Assembly (NCBI GenBank): GCA_964016885.1
Contig: OZ024747.1
Coordinates: 19,530,001-19,594,000 of the forward strand
Source: Eledone cirrhosa
Taxonomy: Eukaryota
Reading direction: 5' to 3'
Length of the DNA stretch: 64,000 nt
The first letter of the stretch is position 1; each line of letters begins with the position of its first letter. The notes beneath the pieces are model-generated. The model was not told the origin of the DNA. It saw only the letters and a list, made by a program, of their open reading frames with translations, and searched no databases. Of the stretch, positions 30,031-44,557 are shown one piece after another. Made by a program: the position numbers and the translations under genes.

Positions 30031-32064
30031 CCTGGTGAAGAACACACCATAATTATATATACGAAAAATATATCACATAGGATATGAAATTGTTAGAATT
30101 TAAAGCTTAATTCCGACGGGGATAACATTTATTGTAAGCATGGAAAGAAAAGGAGAGGTTGCAATATAAATGGAAATTATTGATAATATTCAGTGTTGGA
30201 TATATCAATTGATTAGATTACTTTTTTTTTTAAATTAACAATAGAATGTCTATGAAATATTAGCTATCTATATAAAAAGAAAATTGAAAACAGTGTAGTT
30301 TATTTACGCGGCACATTGTCTGACCAACTGTTTTATAACATTTATCTATCTGCAATAAGAATTCAAGTACAGCTAGATATATTGCAGTTATTATTCTGTT
30401 CCTTTGTTTTTCTTTGCTACAAGTATGCGATATATCATAATAAAACCATAATATCAAGAGCGGTGGATGGAAAATACAATTGGTTGGCGTATTATAAGCA
30501 TTTCAGTTTATAGTTACATCTTCGTTTGGAGTTTTATACACGCTGTGGTCAACGCTACATTATATAAATTATGATACATTAAAAATCGCAACTGGTTTCT
30601 ACTTAGGCCATTCTCCCAATTTTCTTTGCATTGTAATTGCTTCAGAAGTACTTACTACTCTACAGTAAATATTTCCATTGGCGACGTTATATGCCATAAG
30701 TTTCAATTCTACCTACATATCTTGTATCCGTGATATTCTCATATTCGCTTCATTCTATATTTTATATGTTTATACTGCTTATTCTTTGTATTTCTTCAGA
30801 TATATTCTCTTTATATTTATTTTGCCTTTTTCCTTATTCCTTCCGACGTTTTATTTTTACTATTGCCTTTCCATCGTTCCATTCCTGGAAGTCTGCTTTA
30901 AATATTACAAAAATTGACTCGTATGTGTGTGTGTATTTGTGTGTGAGCGTGCATATTAAATAGCCTGTGTTATCTGATGAGAAATTCTTACGCAACAAAC
31001 TTTCCTCATGTTCTACAGAAAGAAACCAATGCTGATTGACTTTGACAAAGCTGGCCAAATTTTCTTGGCAAGCAAATTTGGCAATTAAACTGACTAAAAC
31101 AAGTACATATATTAATGCATGATGGCTGAAGACTAAAGTATATCAATGATGAATGTAACTCTCAATGTAGGCGTACATCATTTATTTAAGCAGACAATGT
31201 AAGACTGAATTTAAACGCAAAGTATTTCAACCTCAATTTCAGATACTAATGGGGAGAGAAAGATTAGACAAAATGCAATAGAAAAATTTGGTTTGCTCTC
31301 GCAGTTATCGGGCCAACATTTCCATTGATTTGTCAGGTGAATCCACGAACTATATACGAGTAATATATATATATATTCCTACAATCTTATGATAGTTCAT
31401 ATGCACTCATCACTCCAATCCTTTTCAATTAATATATAGATGTTTAAATAAAATGTATTGAAAAATATCAACAAATACACTTGCTCTATCAATAGAAGAA
31501 ATGCATTAGCAAAATGTATAATGAATACAGAAAAGAAAATATTTAAGGAATGAAAAGCTTATTCATTATATATATCTATATATAAGACACATCTGGACTC
31601 CCCAGCTAATCCCCAAATCCCAAGTGCCGGACTACTCATCTTCCACCCCAGCCTTCTTTAAACTGTCTTTTTCCAAATTACGATGTTCCAACCTTTTCTC
31701 TCACCCTCTGAATTCCCACTTTCCTGAAGAAGAACGCATGTCTGAAATATCAACCCCCCTTCCCCTAAGCGTGATAATAATTAAACCTGAGATTGTCTGA
31801 ATCATTTTAGTGTCGGGCAAAACTACTTGAGTACGAATCCCTGATGTAATGAGTGTAAATTTAATCGACTAACACGATCCTTTTAAATTTCTGGCTTTGC
31901 GCTCTTCTAAGAAATTATCAAGAATACTAATGAAGAGTTAGATGGTTGATTTGATAGATCATCGGTAAAATGGGCATTTTCTTAGTTCAAAGTTACTTAG
32001 TTGCTATAAATAAAATCATTTTCTAAAGAAGTCAACATTTTACGAGGCATCTATCGTACTATAT

Positions 32065-32200
32065 AATAATTGTTTCTACTTTTGGAACAAGGCCATCAAT
32101 TACCCAGTACATTACTGGTACTTTAATATATCGACCCCATAAGGATGAAAGGTAAAGTTAACTTCGACAGGATTTGAACTCAGACTGTAAAGGGACGTAT
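32065..32200 (-). mobile_element. SINE family A, truncated
   Basis: Matches family A. Confidence 0.8.
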
Positions 32201-32317
32201 AGTTGAGAAATTGAGCATAATTCTTAAGAATTACATAAGAGTGGGTACAGCCACCGATATATATGTAGGAAATAAAATGATGCAACTACATTTCTGCTTT
32301 TCTTTATATCATCATTA

Positions 32318-32505
32318 GGATTGGCAGTATCGGTAGAGGGTCGGACACCATGCTTTGCAGCATAGAGTTACGGCCCTTGCCATTCTGAGTTCAAATCCCG
32401 CTGAGGTTAATTTTGCTTTTCATCCTTACGGGGTCGATAAAATAAAGTATCAGTAATGCACTGGGTAATTGCTGGCCTTGTGCCAAAAGTAGAAACAATT
32501 ATTAT
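32318..32505 (+). mobile_element. SINE family A
   Basis: Matches family A over nearly full length. Confidence 0.88.
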
Positions 32506-32859
32506 TGTGCTCAGTACCAACATATTCAATTCTCATAGCAGATATTACTGTAATGAGAACTGATCGTTTAACAGATCATCGGAATATATCACTTTCTATA
32601 AGAATCGTTTCACATGCTGGAGTCAAACATGCATTGAACTTTAAAGTTTCGGTGAAACGTCTAATTTTGAAGCGAACTTTATAAAACTTCGTACAAGACG
32701 TTTGGATTATACCAATAATTGAACTGGGGACTTTTCACATTTTTATGCAGTATCTATCTGAAATTAATTTAAGAGTACACACAAATTGACCGACCAAATG
32801 GAAACCTCATCATTAACATCAATCGAAGTTCTTTTACTTTACATACATAACCTGATGTG

Positions 32860-32899
<40 letters not shown>

Positions 32900-32953
32900 A
32901 TACTTTGTTGAAAGGTATGTCGAATCTATCTATTTATAAGACTGTTTATATTG

Positions 32954-33019
32954 TATTTTGTCTGAAGAAGGCATAACATATTTTTAATATGATATCCCTG
33001 AAATATATATAATGAAATA
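32954..33019 (+). ncRNA. Type I minimal hammerhead ribozyme (family 1) within pLTR copy 32913-33150
   Basis: tattttgt-CTGAAGA-stem II-GAAA-tatata-TA-atgaaata. Confidence 0.78.
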
Positions 33020-33171
33020 AATATGGTTTTATAAATATAATTTCCATTTATTTAATATCGTAAATATACTCCAAATACTTGTTGAGTGCTTATATCAGTT
33101 ATAAATATTTACTCGTTGTAACCCAACAATTTAAATATAACTTTCCATGTATATATATATATATATATATA

Positions 33172-34302
33172 TAATTATTAGATAAAATATATACCATTTC
33201 CTCTACCAATTAGCATAATTAACCATATAAAAAATCAATTAGACCAAGCTATAAGAATAAAGGTTCCTTTGAAGAAATTTCCGACAAATAACCGAAAGCG
33301 GCCTCTTCGCGGTGGCCCCGATAAAGTATTTATCCAACATCTCAACAGCATGTAGAAACTGACTAAATATACCGTCAACCATACACAATTAGGTATAAAT
33401 TCAAACTTAGAAGAAATGTGTACATACCGTAATTATATCTCTACCATGGTTTCGTCCGTATTTTTAGATATCCTATTGTTAGGATGGACCCAGAGTAACA
33501 GACTCATCAGAAGTAAACTCAAAATTAGACATTTAATTTTCCAAAGTGATCGCGCCAAAAATAGATTCAAAAATGGCTAAGAATCGTGACGTGGCAGTGG
33601 TCAAGTGAGAAAGAATGTGATTAGTTGCTTACGGCGGGTAGGCTTGTTGCTAGAAAGCGCAGCCCAATATTGTCCAATTGTATATCAACCTAACGGGAGA
33701 TTATTAAATATAAAGATTTACATATACATAAAGTCATAGATATATATGTTTTGCAACCGGTCACGTTGTGGCTCAATGAAGAATTAATAAATTAAATAAT
33801 CAGAGCAATATATCATAAATCATGTCCTTAGAATTAGTAGATAAAATATATACCATTTCCTCTACCAATTAGCATAATTAACCATATAAAAAATCAATTA
33901 GACCAAGCTATAAGAATACAGGCTCCTATGAAGAAATTTCCGACAAATAACCGAAAGCGACTTCTTCGCGGTGGTCCCGATAGAGTATTTATCCAATATT
34001 TCAACAGCATGTAGAAACTGACTAAATATACCATCAACCATACACAATTAGGTGTAAATTCAAACTTAGAAGAAATGTGTACATACCGTAATTATATCTC
34101 TACCATGGTTTCGTCCGTATTTTTAGACATCCTATTAACAGAGGTAGAGGAAATGGTATATATTTTATCTAATAATTCTAAGGACATGATTTATGATATA
34201 TTGCTCTGATTATTTAATTTATTAATTCTTCATTGAGCCACAACGTGACCGGTTGCAAAACATATATATCTATGACTTTATGTATATGTAAATCTTTATA
34301 TA
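33172..34302 (-). mobile_element. PLE-like element (HHR family 11): 659-bp tandem period plus inverted tail
   Basis: 33181 onward repeats at 33840; 34143-34302 is the reverse complement of about 33708-33867; (TA)n-flanked. Confidence 0.8.
33439..33513 (-). ncRNA. Type I hammerhead ribozyme (family 11)
   Basis: Minus strand: ctt-CTGATGA-gtctgt...acggac-GAAA-ccatgg-TA-gag; stem I only 3 bp. Confidence 0.72.
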
Positions 34303-34384
34303 TATATTGTTATACAATATATATATAAAATATAACAATATTTGTTTCAACACACGATTTCATATAAAAAATCTCGCAAAACTA

Positions 34385-34459
<75 letters not shown>

Positions 34460-34460
<1 letters not shown>

Positions 34461-35059
34461 GTAATAATAATAAATTTGAAGACTAAAATCCAAATAGGGC
34501 TCGATAAGGATAAATATATATCAAATATATAAGAACCGTAGAGCAAATATTTATTAAAATAACAGATTAAAGTTTAAGCAAAGAATCGCTGCTTTCACCC
34601 TTAACGGGATCTTCTGAAACTAACAAAGTCAATCTGTGAACGCAGAAGTGAATATTTCAAAAAACGTTGCAACCGGGGGAAGACAGGAAGACGATACTTT
34701 GGTTCGTGGAAACGTTCCCTGTCAAATAACGGGAAAAAACGAATATAATACGTCATTATTTGGAACCACCTAATAGAATATTATTCTACGACTTCTTTTA
34801 TACCATAAACGTAGTTTTGTCTTTGCGTGTAATTATTTTTCACCGCTCCAAATAATGACGTATTATATTCGTTTTTCCCCGTTCTTTGCCAGGGAACGTT
34901 TCCACGAACCAAAGTATCGTCTTCCTGTTTCCTCCGGTTGCAACGTTTTTTGAAATATTCACTTCTGCGTTCACAGATTGACTTTGTTAGTTTCAGAAGA
35001 TCCCGTTATATGTGAAAGCAGCGATTCTTTGCTTAAACTTTAATCTGTTATTTTAATAA

Positions 35060-35062
<3 letters not shown>
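34460..35062. mobile_element. PLE-like fold-back (HHR family 2)
   Basis: Arms about 34547-34764 and 34847-35062; (TA)n on both sides. Confidence 0.82.
34563..34636 (-). ncRNA. Extended type I hammerhead with U4A core variant (family 2); mutated mirror copy at 34974-35047
   Basis: Minus strand: cagattga-ctttgtt-agttt-CAGAAGA-tccc gttaa gggt-GAAA-gca...tgc-TT-aaact-ttaatctg. Confidence 0.7.
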
Positions 35063-35113
<51 letters not shown>

Positions 35114-35142
35114 GTATATATTTACACACACACACACACATT

Positions 35143-35352
35143 CGATCGACTTTCGTCAAATCGGACCGAGGAAACAATGTTTTCGTTGGTCTTTCCAGTT
35201 GCTAATACGATCTATCGGTCGCAACTCCAGGTAGAAGGAGCAACGTGAAATAAAGTGTCTTGCTCAAGGACACAACTCATCGCCCGGTCCAGGAATCGAA
35301 CTCACAATCTCAAAATTGTGAATCCAATTCTCTAACCACTCAGCCACACGCC
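35143..35352 (-). mobile_element. SINE family B
   Basis: Reverse complement of family B. Confidence 0.87.
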
Positions 35353-35370
35353 TTCACTAAACACACACAT

Positions 35371-35465
<95 letters not shown>

Positions 35466-36041
35466 TATATAATTATGTTTGTGTATATATATATGCTTGA
35501 ATGCATTTGTGAGTTGATGTGCGAATACGTATGTGTATTGAAACAGAATGACAAAAATTGATAACGAACAATATCAAAACGTTAGCTGTGGAAGATAATT
35601 TTTTCATCTTACTTTGATTTCCTAAAATACTGATATTTACATCCACCATCATTATCTTCAAATGCACAACGTTGAGATAGTATTGCTATTTTGTGACGAA
35701 TCAGAAAGCCAGCTGGTTTCCCAGGTAATATATTTACCGTCTTTGGAATGAGATATCAAATTATGTGTTAGAGAATATCAATATACAAAATGGCAGGTGA
35801 TCTACTCAACAGTGATATCAATGAAAGTGATTCAAAACTATGTATGTATGTATGTATGTAAGTATGTATGTATGTATGTATGTATGTATGTATGTATGTA
35901 TGTATGTATGCATGTATGCATGTATGTATATATGTACGCATGTATTGTTGTACATATGAATGTATGTAAGCATATATATATACATACATATATATGTATA
36001 TATATATATGTATATATATATATATGTATATATTTTTTATG

Positions 36042-36158
<117 letters not shown>

Positions 36159-36249
36159 ATATATATATATATGTATATATATAGTAATAATAATAAATTT
36201 GAAGATTCTTTGCTTAAACTTTAATCTGTTATTTTAATAAATATGTATG

Positions 36250-36284
<35 letters not shown>

Positions 36285-36305
36285 GTATATATAGATATAT
36301 ATATG

Positions 36306-36336
<31 letters not shown>

Positions 36337-36554
36337 GTATATATATATATTTATATATATATATTAAATAACAGATTAAAGTATATATATATATGTATAT
36401 ATATATATATGTATATATATATATGTGTGTATATATATATATGTGTATATATATATGTGTATATATATATGTATATATATATATGTATATATATATATGT
36501 ATATAGATATATATGTATATATATATATATGTATACATATATATATATGTATGT

Positions 36555-36585
<31 letters not shown>

Positions 36586-36618
36586 TGTATATATATATAT
36601 ATATATGTTTACATATAT

Positions 36619-36649
<31 letters not shown>

Positions 36650-36718
36650 TATACATATATGTATATATATATGTATGTATATATATATGTATGTATATAT
36701 ATATATATATATATATAT

Positions 36719-37328
36719 GTCAGGTCACCACTTGGTGCTACTGGTAACATGTATCCCAGTACAACCTGTCTCATGGTCGGGTCGTTGGCGACTAAACTGG
36801 CAACCCCACCAAGGTTTCTTGGTGAGGAGGGTGACTTTGGACATCCTGCAGGACTAAAAACAAAACCTGTCAAAGGGCAAAGGAGCTCTTAAGAGTCAAT
36901 GGCCATCCAAAATCACTGGGAGAGATGACCCCTTAGCCTTTGTCAAGTCAGAATTCTAGGAGAAGGAAAACTCTGATATAACACCTGCAACCCTGATGGT
37001 ATCCAATGATGTTGACTTGTTCTTCTTTTTGGTAAATATCATCTTGGTTAAGAGAGTGGGACTGGCTTTGTGCAGTGCCTTTGCTCACTATAAAAGCTTC
37101 ACGGCACAGGCATTGCTTTGTATCTGGAGATCTCTCTGCACTTGTCGTCACATGGTACCAAGGGCAAAGCACTATGTGTCAATAATTGTCACAAGTGTAG
37201 TGTTTGTACCAGAGTTTTCAAGTCGCTGGCTGGACTAAAAAGTCACTCGTTCAGCGCATCGGTAGGGGTTCTCCTACATGGATATAAAGTAGTGGCCGTA
37301 CTCGAAAACGAGTTGGCAGCCACCATGT
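36719..37328 (+). mobile_element. Non-autonomous RTE-derived retroelement
   Basis: 3' part encodes [20 protein letters not shown], a C2H2-like finger typical of RTE LINE C-termini; no RT; ends in (TATG/TA)n; copies at 60229-60752, 61399-62020 and 63942-64000. Confidence 0.7.
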
Positions 37329-37419
37329 ATATATATATATAAGTATGTATATATATATATATGTATGTATATATATATGTATGTATATATATATATAAGT
37401 ACGTATATATATATGTATG

Positions 37420-37460
<41 letters not shown>

Positions 37461-37573
37461 GTATGTATATATGTATGTATATATATATGTATGTATATAT
37501 ATATAAATATGTATTTATATATATATGTATGTATATATATATTATATGTATATATATATTTATATATATATAT

Positions 37574-37681
37574 AGGAAAAAATGAAACGAAATTTCATTT
37601 CTCACTCTTAGTACGGCTGTTACTTAAATATAAGTATGTATACGTACATACATATATGTATACAGACGTACAATAGTATGC

Positions 37682-37726
<45 letters not shown>

Positions 37727-38247
37727 CATACATGCACACATATATATATATGTACGTATGGATTCACCGAACATTTATTATAATGCTCGGTGTGTTTGTA
37801 AACAAACATCCCGAATTAAGCCGTACAGTGTCTAGCAACCATCGTTGCTCATTTGTTCAACACTGTAAAAGGAACGCTGTACTAGTTTCAAGCTTATTAC
37901 CTATCGTCATCAACGTATAGCTTCCTGCCAGATGGTTGAACGTCTGAAAGTATATACTTTCCTTATGCATATTAACGACTGAGCAGCCTAATTTGCCTAT
38001 CGAGTGAGTTAATCGGCCGGGGTACCGAAAACGATAAACGGAAAAACCATCTGGCAGGAAGGTATACGTTGCTGACGATAGCTAATAAGCTTGAAACTAG
38101 TACAGCGTTCCTTTGTCAGTGTTGAACAAATGAGCAACGATGGTTGCTGGACACTACGGCTTAATTCGGGATGTTTGTTTACAAACACACCGAACATTAT
38201 AATAAATGTTCGGTGAATCCATACGTACATATATATATGTGTGCATG

Positions 38248-38293
<46 letters not shown>

Positions 38294-38353
38294 AATATAT
38301 ATATGCATACTACTGTACCTCTGTATACACTAATGTATGTACGTATACATACT

Positions 38354-38360
<7 letters not shown>
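37574..38360. mobile_element. HHR family 5 monomer plus inverted segment
   Basis: 37574-38045 matches 8480-8910; 38046-38360 is inverted; minus-strand HHR at 37874-37916 has C3 mutated. Confidence 0.8.
38066..38108 (+). ncRNA. Type I minimal hammerhead ribozyme (family 5)
   Basis: acgttg-CTGACGA-tagct aata agctt-GAAA-ctag-TA-cagcgt. Confidence 0.82.
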
Positions 38361-38385
<25 letters not shown>

Positions 38386-38643
38386 AATATAACAAACTTG
38401 ATATAGAAATGGCTTCTACAGGACTAGAACTGCTCCATTCGGAGGAAAACACCAGGACAGCCTTATTGATTTCCTCCGAATGAAACAGTTATAGTCCTGT
38501 AGAAACCAATTGTATATTAAATTTGTTGTATACATTCTACTAATACATTGAGTACCTTACTTATTGTGGTTACCCTCGATTGAACTCGTGACTAAGACAC
38601 GCATGCACTCCCCCCACTCACACATACACACACACACACATAT

Positions 38644-38965
38644 ATGGACTACTATGTATGGATCATCGTTGGAAAAAATGTCAATGAACACCCCCATAGC
38701 ACCAAAGATTCTTTGAAAGCCGCCATAGTTCGAGTCATGTCCGATAAGAACAAGAACCACTTAATCCGAGCTTGTAAACGATTTCTACCCCGCGTAGGGG
38801 CAGTTATTGATGCTTATGGTGGTTTTATTGAATGGAATTATTAAATTGATAATTTAGCTTTATGTTTCTGTTATTTTCTTATAAGAGTACAGTTTTTTCT
38901 GTTATTATATAAGCGTTTTTAAAAAACCATAAATCTGTCCTCAAATACCTTCCGCACTCTCTATA
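38644..38965 (+). mobile_element. Tc1/mariner-superfamily transposon 3' remnant
   Basis: MDYYVW...PHSTKDSLKAAIV...LIRACKRFLPRVGAVIDAYGGFIE resembles a transposase C-terminus; ends in TIR-like tgtcctcaaataccttccgcactctc followed by TA. Confidence 0.8.
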
Positions 38966-39683
38966 GGTAAAATATACATGCACATGCGAATATACATACA
39001 TACATATACCCAAATTTCGTCATGTTTAGCTTTACAACATCATTAACCCATCGTCATATATTTCTTTATCAGAAGCAATAATTCACAACGATCAACATTA
39101 CAAGATATTTCCGTAACTTTCATCATACACACTTATTTGTCTCATTCTCTACCCTTCTTCTCGTCATCCTTATTTTCATCAAAACAAATGGCAATATCTG
39201 CACCTTTGTCATAGTAATATGATATTCGCAGTTCCATTCAGCATTTAGACTATTCTTATGTGATTCTTCTTAATACACAAAGTAAATATATTATGTTGTA
39301 TTGAAAACGTTTTTCCTACTCCATTAGTTGCTAGGATATATCGCTTCAAATAATGTTTAGTCTTTAATCAAATTTATTTCAAATATCAACACTACAGATA
39401 TATGAAAACGGAAAATGAAGGAAAAGACAAGCTATCTAGGGTCACAGAAGAATGGGAGGGATAAGGGAGAGGGGATGGGCTCTGGGATTAGGGCGCGGTA
39501 GTGTTGTGGCTGGGCATTATACATAAAACTATAAAACAAACACTTGTTTAACGTGTGTTTTCAATATAGATGATTCCTGTCACTACAGGGTTTACTGAAT
39601 TACACTTTGACATTAGCGTTTAGAATTGATTTGACATATATACATAGTCACAAATCACATACATAGATATGTACACGCATCAG

Positions 39684-39732
<49 letters not shown>

Positions 39733-39886
39733 TATATATATATATATATAAATACATAACGCACAAAGAATAAAAAAATCCGTATAAAATTGATATCACA
39801 TGTAATGCGACGCACTATAAATTCAAATAACTTTAAATAGAATTAAATTGCTCGTATTTAAACTTTTTATTATTAACGGTAACTAG

Positions 39887-40047
39887 GGCGGTAGATTGGC
39901 AGTATCGGTAGAGAGTCGGACACCATGCTTTGCAGCATGGAATTACGGCCCTTTACAGTCTGATTTCAAATCCCGCCGAGGTTAACTTTGTCTTTCATCC
40001 TTACGGGGTCGATAAAATAAAGTACCACTCACGCACTGGGGTCGATT
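39887..40047 (+). mobile_element. SINE family A
   Basis: Intact 5' head gggcggtagattggcagtatcggtaga. Confidence 0.87.
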
Positions 40048-43000
40048 ATTAGCGGTAACTAGAAACAATGTGATGGATGTCAAAATATTTAAACCGTGTA
40101 AGGAGTTGACTATAGTTGCAAGAAATCCTCGGGAGATTTGAATCGCTGAAGGTTATCAGCGAAGACGTCCCTTTCATGCACGTGTTCGAGCCCTTAACAC
40201 CTCACGCTCTAAGTCCTGACACCTGAGTACCTTTCTGCTGATGCCTTTCAATCAGCTGGGTATTAACTATATGTCCACTTATACCATATAAAAATCGCTT
40301 TCGTTTCTTCTCTGCCAGATCTAAGTGCAACTCATCTCCACTGTCTCTGCTACTGAATTAAGGGGTTGGTTCTTTTCTTCCCAGAAATTGAAAACGCTTT
40401 ATGAGATTATAGCCAGATTTGCCTGCAAACCCTCTGGCCCCAACTTCTATGAAAAATAAATTTGAAATGTCGACAAACGAAACTCTGTACTAAGAAATTA
40501 TTTAGAATATTAGAAATACACTAAAGAATATCAATCTGACAAGGAGTTCTGTTTTCAAAACAAAATGAAATAGCTGCATATATTCTATATGTATTTTCAT
40601 ATTTATATAAGTGAAGATATATTCAGATAAATATTAAATCATATATTCCATGAAAATACCTAAAATATATCACATTTTTTCAGATTTACTGTCAGTTGTT
40701 CATTTTGAATTCTGAAGGACGTAATTTGCTAAATCATGGTAGATTCTGTTGCCAAAACATCTGTCAGAGAAATCAGTTAAAATTTTATGTGCTCATTTCA
40801 AACATGATATAAGCAATCATATATTTGAATAGAATTCTGCCAGTTGTCATTTATGGTTGTGTTTAGTTTAGTTGTCACTAAAATTATAGGAAAGTTCTTC
40901 AACGTTGATAGACCTAACCAAATGTATAAATTGATGGAGTCATATTTGTTTGACTTGTCCTCAAATAGAATTACATTATTCGCTCAAAAGTTATGGCACA
41001 CAACCTATACACATTGTATTAACACTAATCTATAGGTCAGTGTTAATAGGATGGGAATAGGAAAGTAATTCTTGTGATACCTTGTTATTAAGCCCATGCG
41101 AGAGTTATGATCCTCAAAAAATACGCTGACTGAACGAAGGTATTTTATTCAATAGAAGTATTTCTACAGAACAATAAAAATAGCAAAACCGTCACCAATT
41201 CGACAAATTTCTGTTTGATGCTATAAGCTACACAACATGCTATTTCTAATTTGAATCACTCAGTGACCGAGCTAGTGTTTGATAATATGTCGGGTATAAA
41301 TAACTTATTATATCGAGTCCAGTATGATTGAAGTAACATTTGAGAAGAGAAGGGTTTTAACTTTGAACGGAAAGGGACGTAGCTAAATGCAAAAATGTCT
41401 TTTGTCATACGTTCCTCGAATGTTACTACGGCTGTGCTCTACAGATATAAGATTTTACAACTTAAAGAGAGAAGTGTCAAGATTATACGGATTTTTATAT
41501 GTATTATTTATAATTCGCATAAATAATCGCTAAACAGACGTAGAATATGCGATAATGTGTTCATAGGTAGTTTTCAGGAGAGGAAAGATACGATGAATTC
41601 CATTTCAATCTGTTTCTTGTTCTACGTTTTTGTAAATGGGAGCGTGAGGTACGAAATCATTGAAGAATATACTCATCATTATCATCATCATAATCATGAT
41701 AATGATGATTATTAAGTGTTTGTATAGATTTGGGAAAACTTGAAAATGTTGTTTTTAGTTTTGGCTTTGTTTATTAAAATACTAGAGGGATTATCCGAAT
41801 AGAAATTTCGTTGGCTTGTAATGAACGATATCTCCTTCGATTTTACAAAGGAATACAATTTTGTATGGTATTGTGCCTGTGGCAGTTATATTCAATCTTT
41901 GCGTTGTGATTGAAATGTTGTGCTAAAGTCTCAAATATAAAATGATAAGGACATTTACACATTCATCTAAGTCAAAATATGCTAATATTCGTTTTGGAAT
42001 ACATACTACACTCTGTTAAGAAGCTTTATAGGTCTATATGAATTATGAGGTCTTGTGAAATTAAGGAAATACAAAATGACGTAGCTCTGACATCAGGTTT
42101 TAGTATATAATTGTGTATATTTACTATAGAAAAGCATCTAAAAAATACTGAAATATCGAAATAATAACAATTGAAATTCATTTGCTCGCATTCATATATA
42201 TCAATATTGCCATAGTTACAAGGTTATATATAATTTCAGGAGATAACTATAATCATCGACCACACCGACTTCTGTAGAATGATGGAACATATTTTATGTC
42301 GGAGAGAACAAAGAATAATGAGAACCATAGTAGTATTTGAAGACAGATTGTAAATAAACGATAAAATATAATATTCCTTTTATTTAATACATTGCTTGCT
42401 AGTTTTATTCATTTTACAAAACATTCAAACATTGACAAAAAGTCAATTTCAGAAGAAAATGTTTATGTACGATTCAGTTTAAATACATCAAAATATAATA
42501 CATTTTCATTATAAAAAACCAAACGAATAATAATAACAATGAGATAACAATAACAGCATCGTTAACACCAAGAATTCAACAAAATTTAAACAAGATAAAG
42601 GATTGATGAAAGCTAACCGGATTTTCCCAACAAAACAACAGATAACGAATAAAACTAAATAGAAGTAGCAATCATAATTCGTTCATATTGAAGTGTATCT
42701 CGTAAAGGTAGGACGAACTCATTAGACAAAATAGCCAAAGAGAAACCTTGTACACAAAGGGCTCGAACGTTTATAATCTTAGATCATGGGAGTTTTAGCA
42801 AATCTGACGATATCAATCTTGTTTTCTTGTCATCAATTCCGAACACTCCAAGAATTCTTCGGCGCTACCTATTCATGAATGATTATTTCTTGTAAAAATG
42901 ACAGCTATAACTCTCGAGATCAAAGTCTGTTTCATTTACTTACATTTTGAATAACGCATTTGTCCAGATGTTACGAATCACAGTATGTATATTAACAACA

Positions 43001-43143
43001 TAATTATTGAATGTATATCTTTAATTAAAACGTTTTACAGCGTGTTATTAAAAAGGCAATTTCCAGCATTTCCATTTCTGCCACAACCGCCCTACGATTC
43101 TCTCAGGAGTAGCGAGACCGTCAATATAAAATAACAGAAATCA

Positions 43144-43356
43144 TCGCTCAGTTTCATAAGACCACTTTTGTATTGATCAGTGTCGGTCATAACGATGCTC
43201 ACTCCAGTTATTCGTGACATTTGAGACCTCCTTTGAAATGAGAACGTGAAGTTTAATGTCGTCCGAGATAAGGTAACGACGAAAACTTTACTCTGCTTTT
43301 CGCTTAATACAAAAATATAGAATGCCTTGACAGAGGCAGCGCTCTGAGATATCGAT
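43144..43356. repeat. Unclassified dispersed ~210-bp repeat; diverged second copy at 44597-44816
   Basis: Shared blocks tcgctcagtttc, gtgtcggtcata, acatttgagacctcctttgaaatga, gtccgagataagg, ccttgacagagg. Confidence 0.8.
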
Positions 43357-44120
43357 TCAAAGAATTATGTTTCTAAGCTGAAGAGGGGAGGACATATTTA
43401 AATGGAATTGGCCGATACTACAAGAAGTTTAAGCGAATACATAGAGACTCACGAAATAATCTAAAGCATATATGTAGACTATATAACAATTACAGTAATT
43501 TCACTTACAACAATATTTTCATATATCATTACACATTTTTTTTATTCTATTGCAATATTACGTATTGTTTCGATTTAAAGAATAAGTTAAAATTAATCGT
43601 AAATATATATCTGCAAACACACACTGTATAAATAAATGTGAGTGTGTAAGTGTCAGTGTGTGTGTATGTGTGTGTGCATTTGCGAGTGAATGTGTATGTA
43701 AACATAAATAATTTATGTTATATATTTGCTAAAATAATCATTTTATTTAAAAAAATATATATGGTAAAATATGTATTTCACTATGAAAAACTGCTCTATC
43801 ATGCATTAACCACTCAGTTTCACTTTAATGTATATAAACAGAAATGTTCAATCCATATTCATTTCTTTGTATAAGCATAAATCGCCTGTTCAAATGTACA
43901 TTAACCCTACCAAAATTTCCATAATACATAAAGGTAGTAAATAAACTTATTGTTTTAGATCCCGTAAAAATGGCACGTTGTTCAGACAATTAGTTATGCT
44001 TCACTGCTTATACCTTATACCTACACGGTACAGAGCATTACTTCAAAGCGTGTTAATATAAATAGTAATATGTATACTGTGTATATGCAGATTATATATA
44101 TATATATATCTATAAATATT

Positions 44121-44156
<36 letters not shown>

Positions 44157-44185
44157 TATATGAAAACAAATTTTTAACTTAATTG

Positions 44186-44268
<83 letters not shown>

Positions 44269-44371
44269 GTATATGTATATATATATATATTTATATATAT
44301 ATGTATTTTTATATATATACATTTTTATATATATACATATTTTTATATATATATACGTATATATGTATATA

Positions 44372-44425
<54 letters not shown>

Positions 44426-44453
44426 CTCTGTATATATATACTCTCTCTCTCTA

Positions 44454-44491
<38 letters not shown>

Positions 44492-44506
44492 ATCTGCATA
44501 TACATA

Positions 44507-44557
<51 letters not shown>

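Noticed and set aside
31715-31790. CTGAAGA...GAAA motif (also a degenerate one near 62390-62455)
   Set aside because: Stems are poor or the core is mutated; may be old decayed HHRs but not supportable
40090-40450. Possible LINE endonuclease remnant on the minus strand
   Set aside because: Too degenerate, with many stops; similarity is only impressionistic
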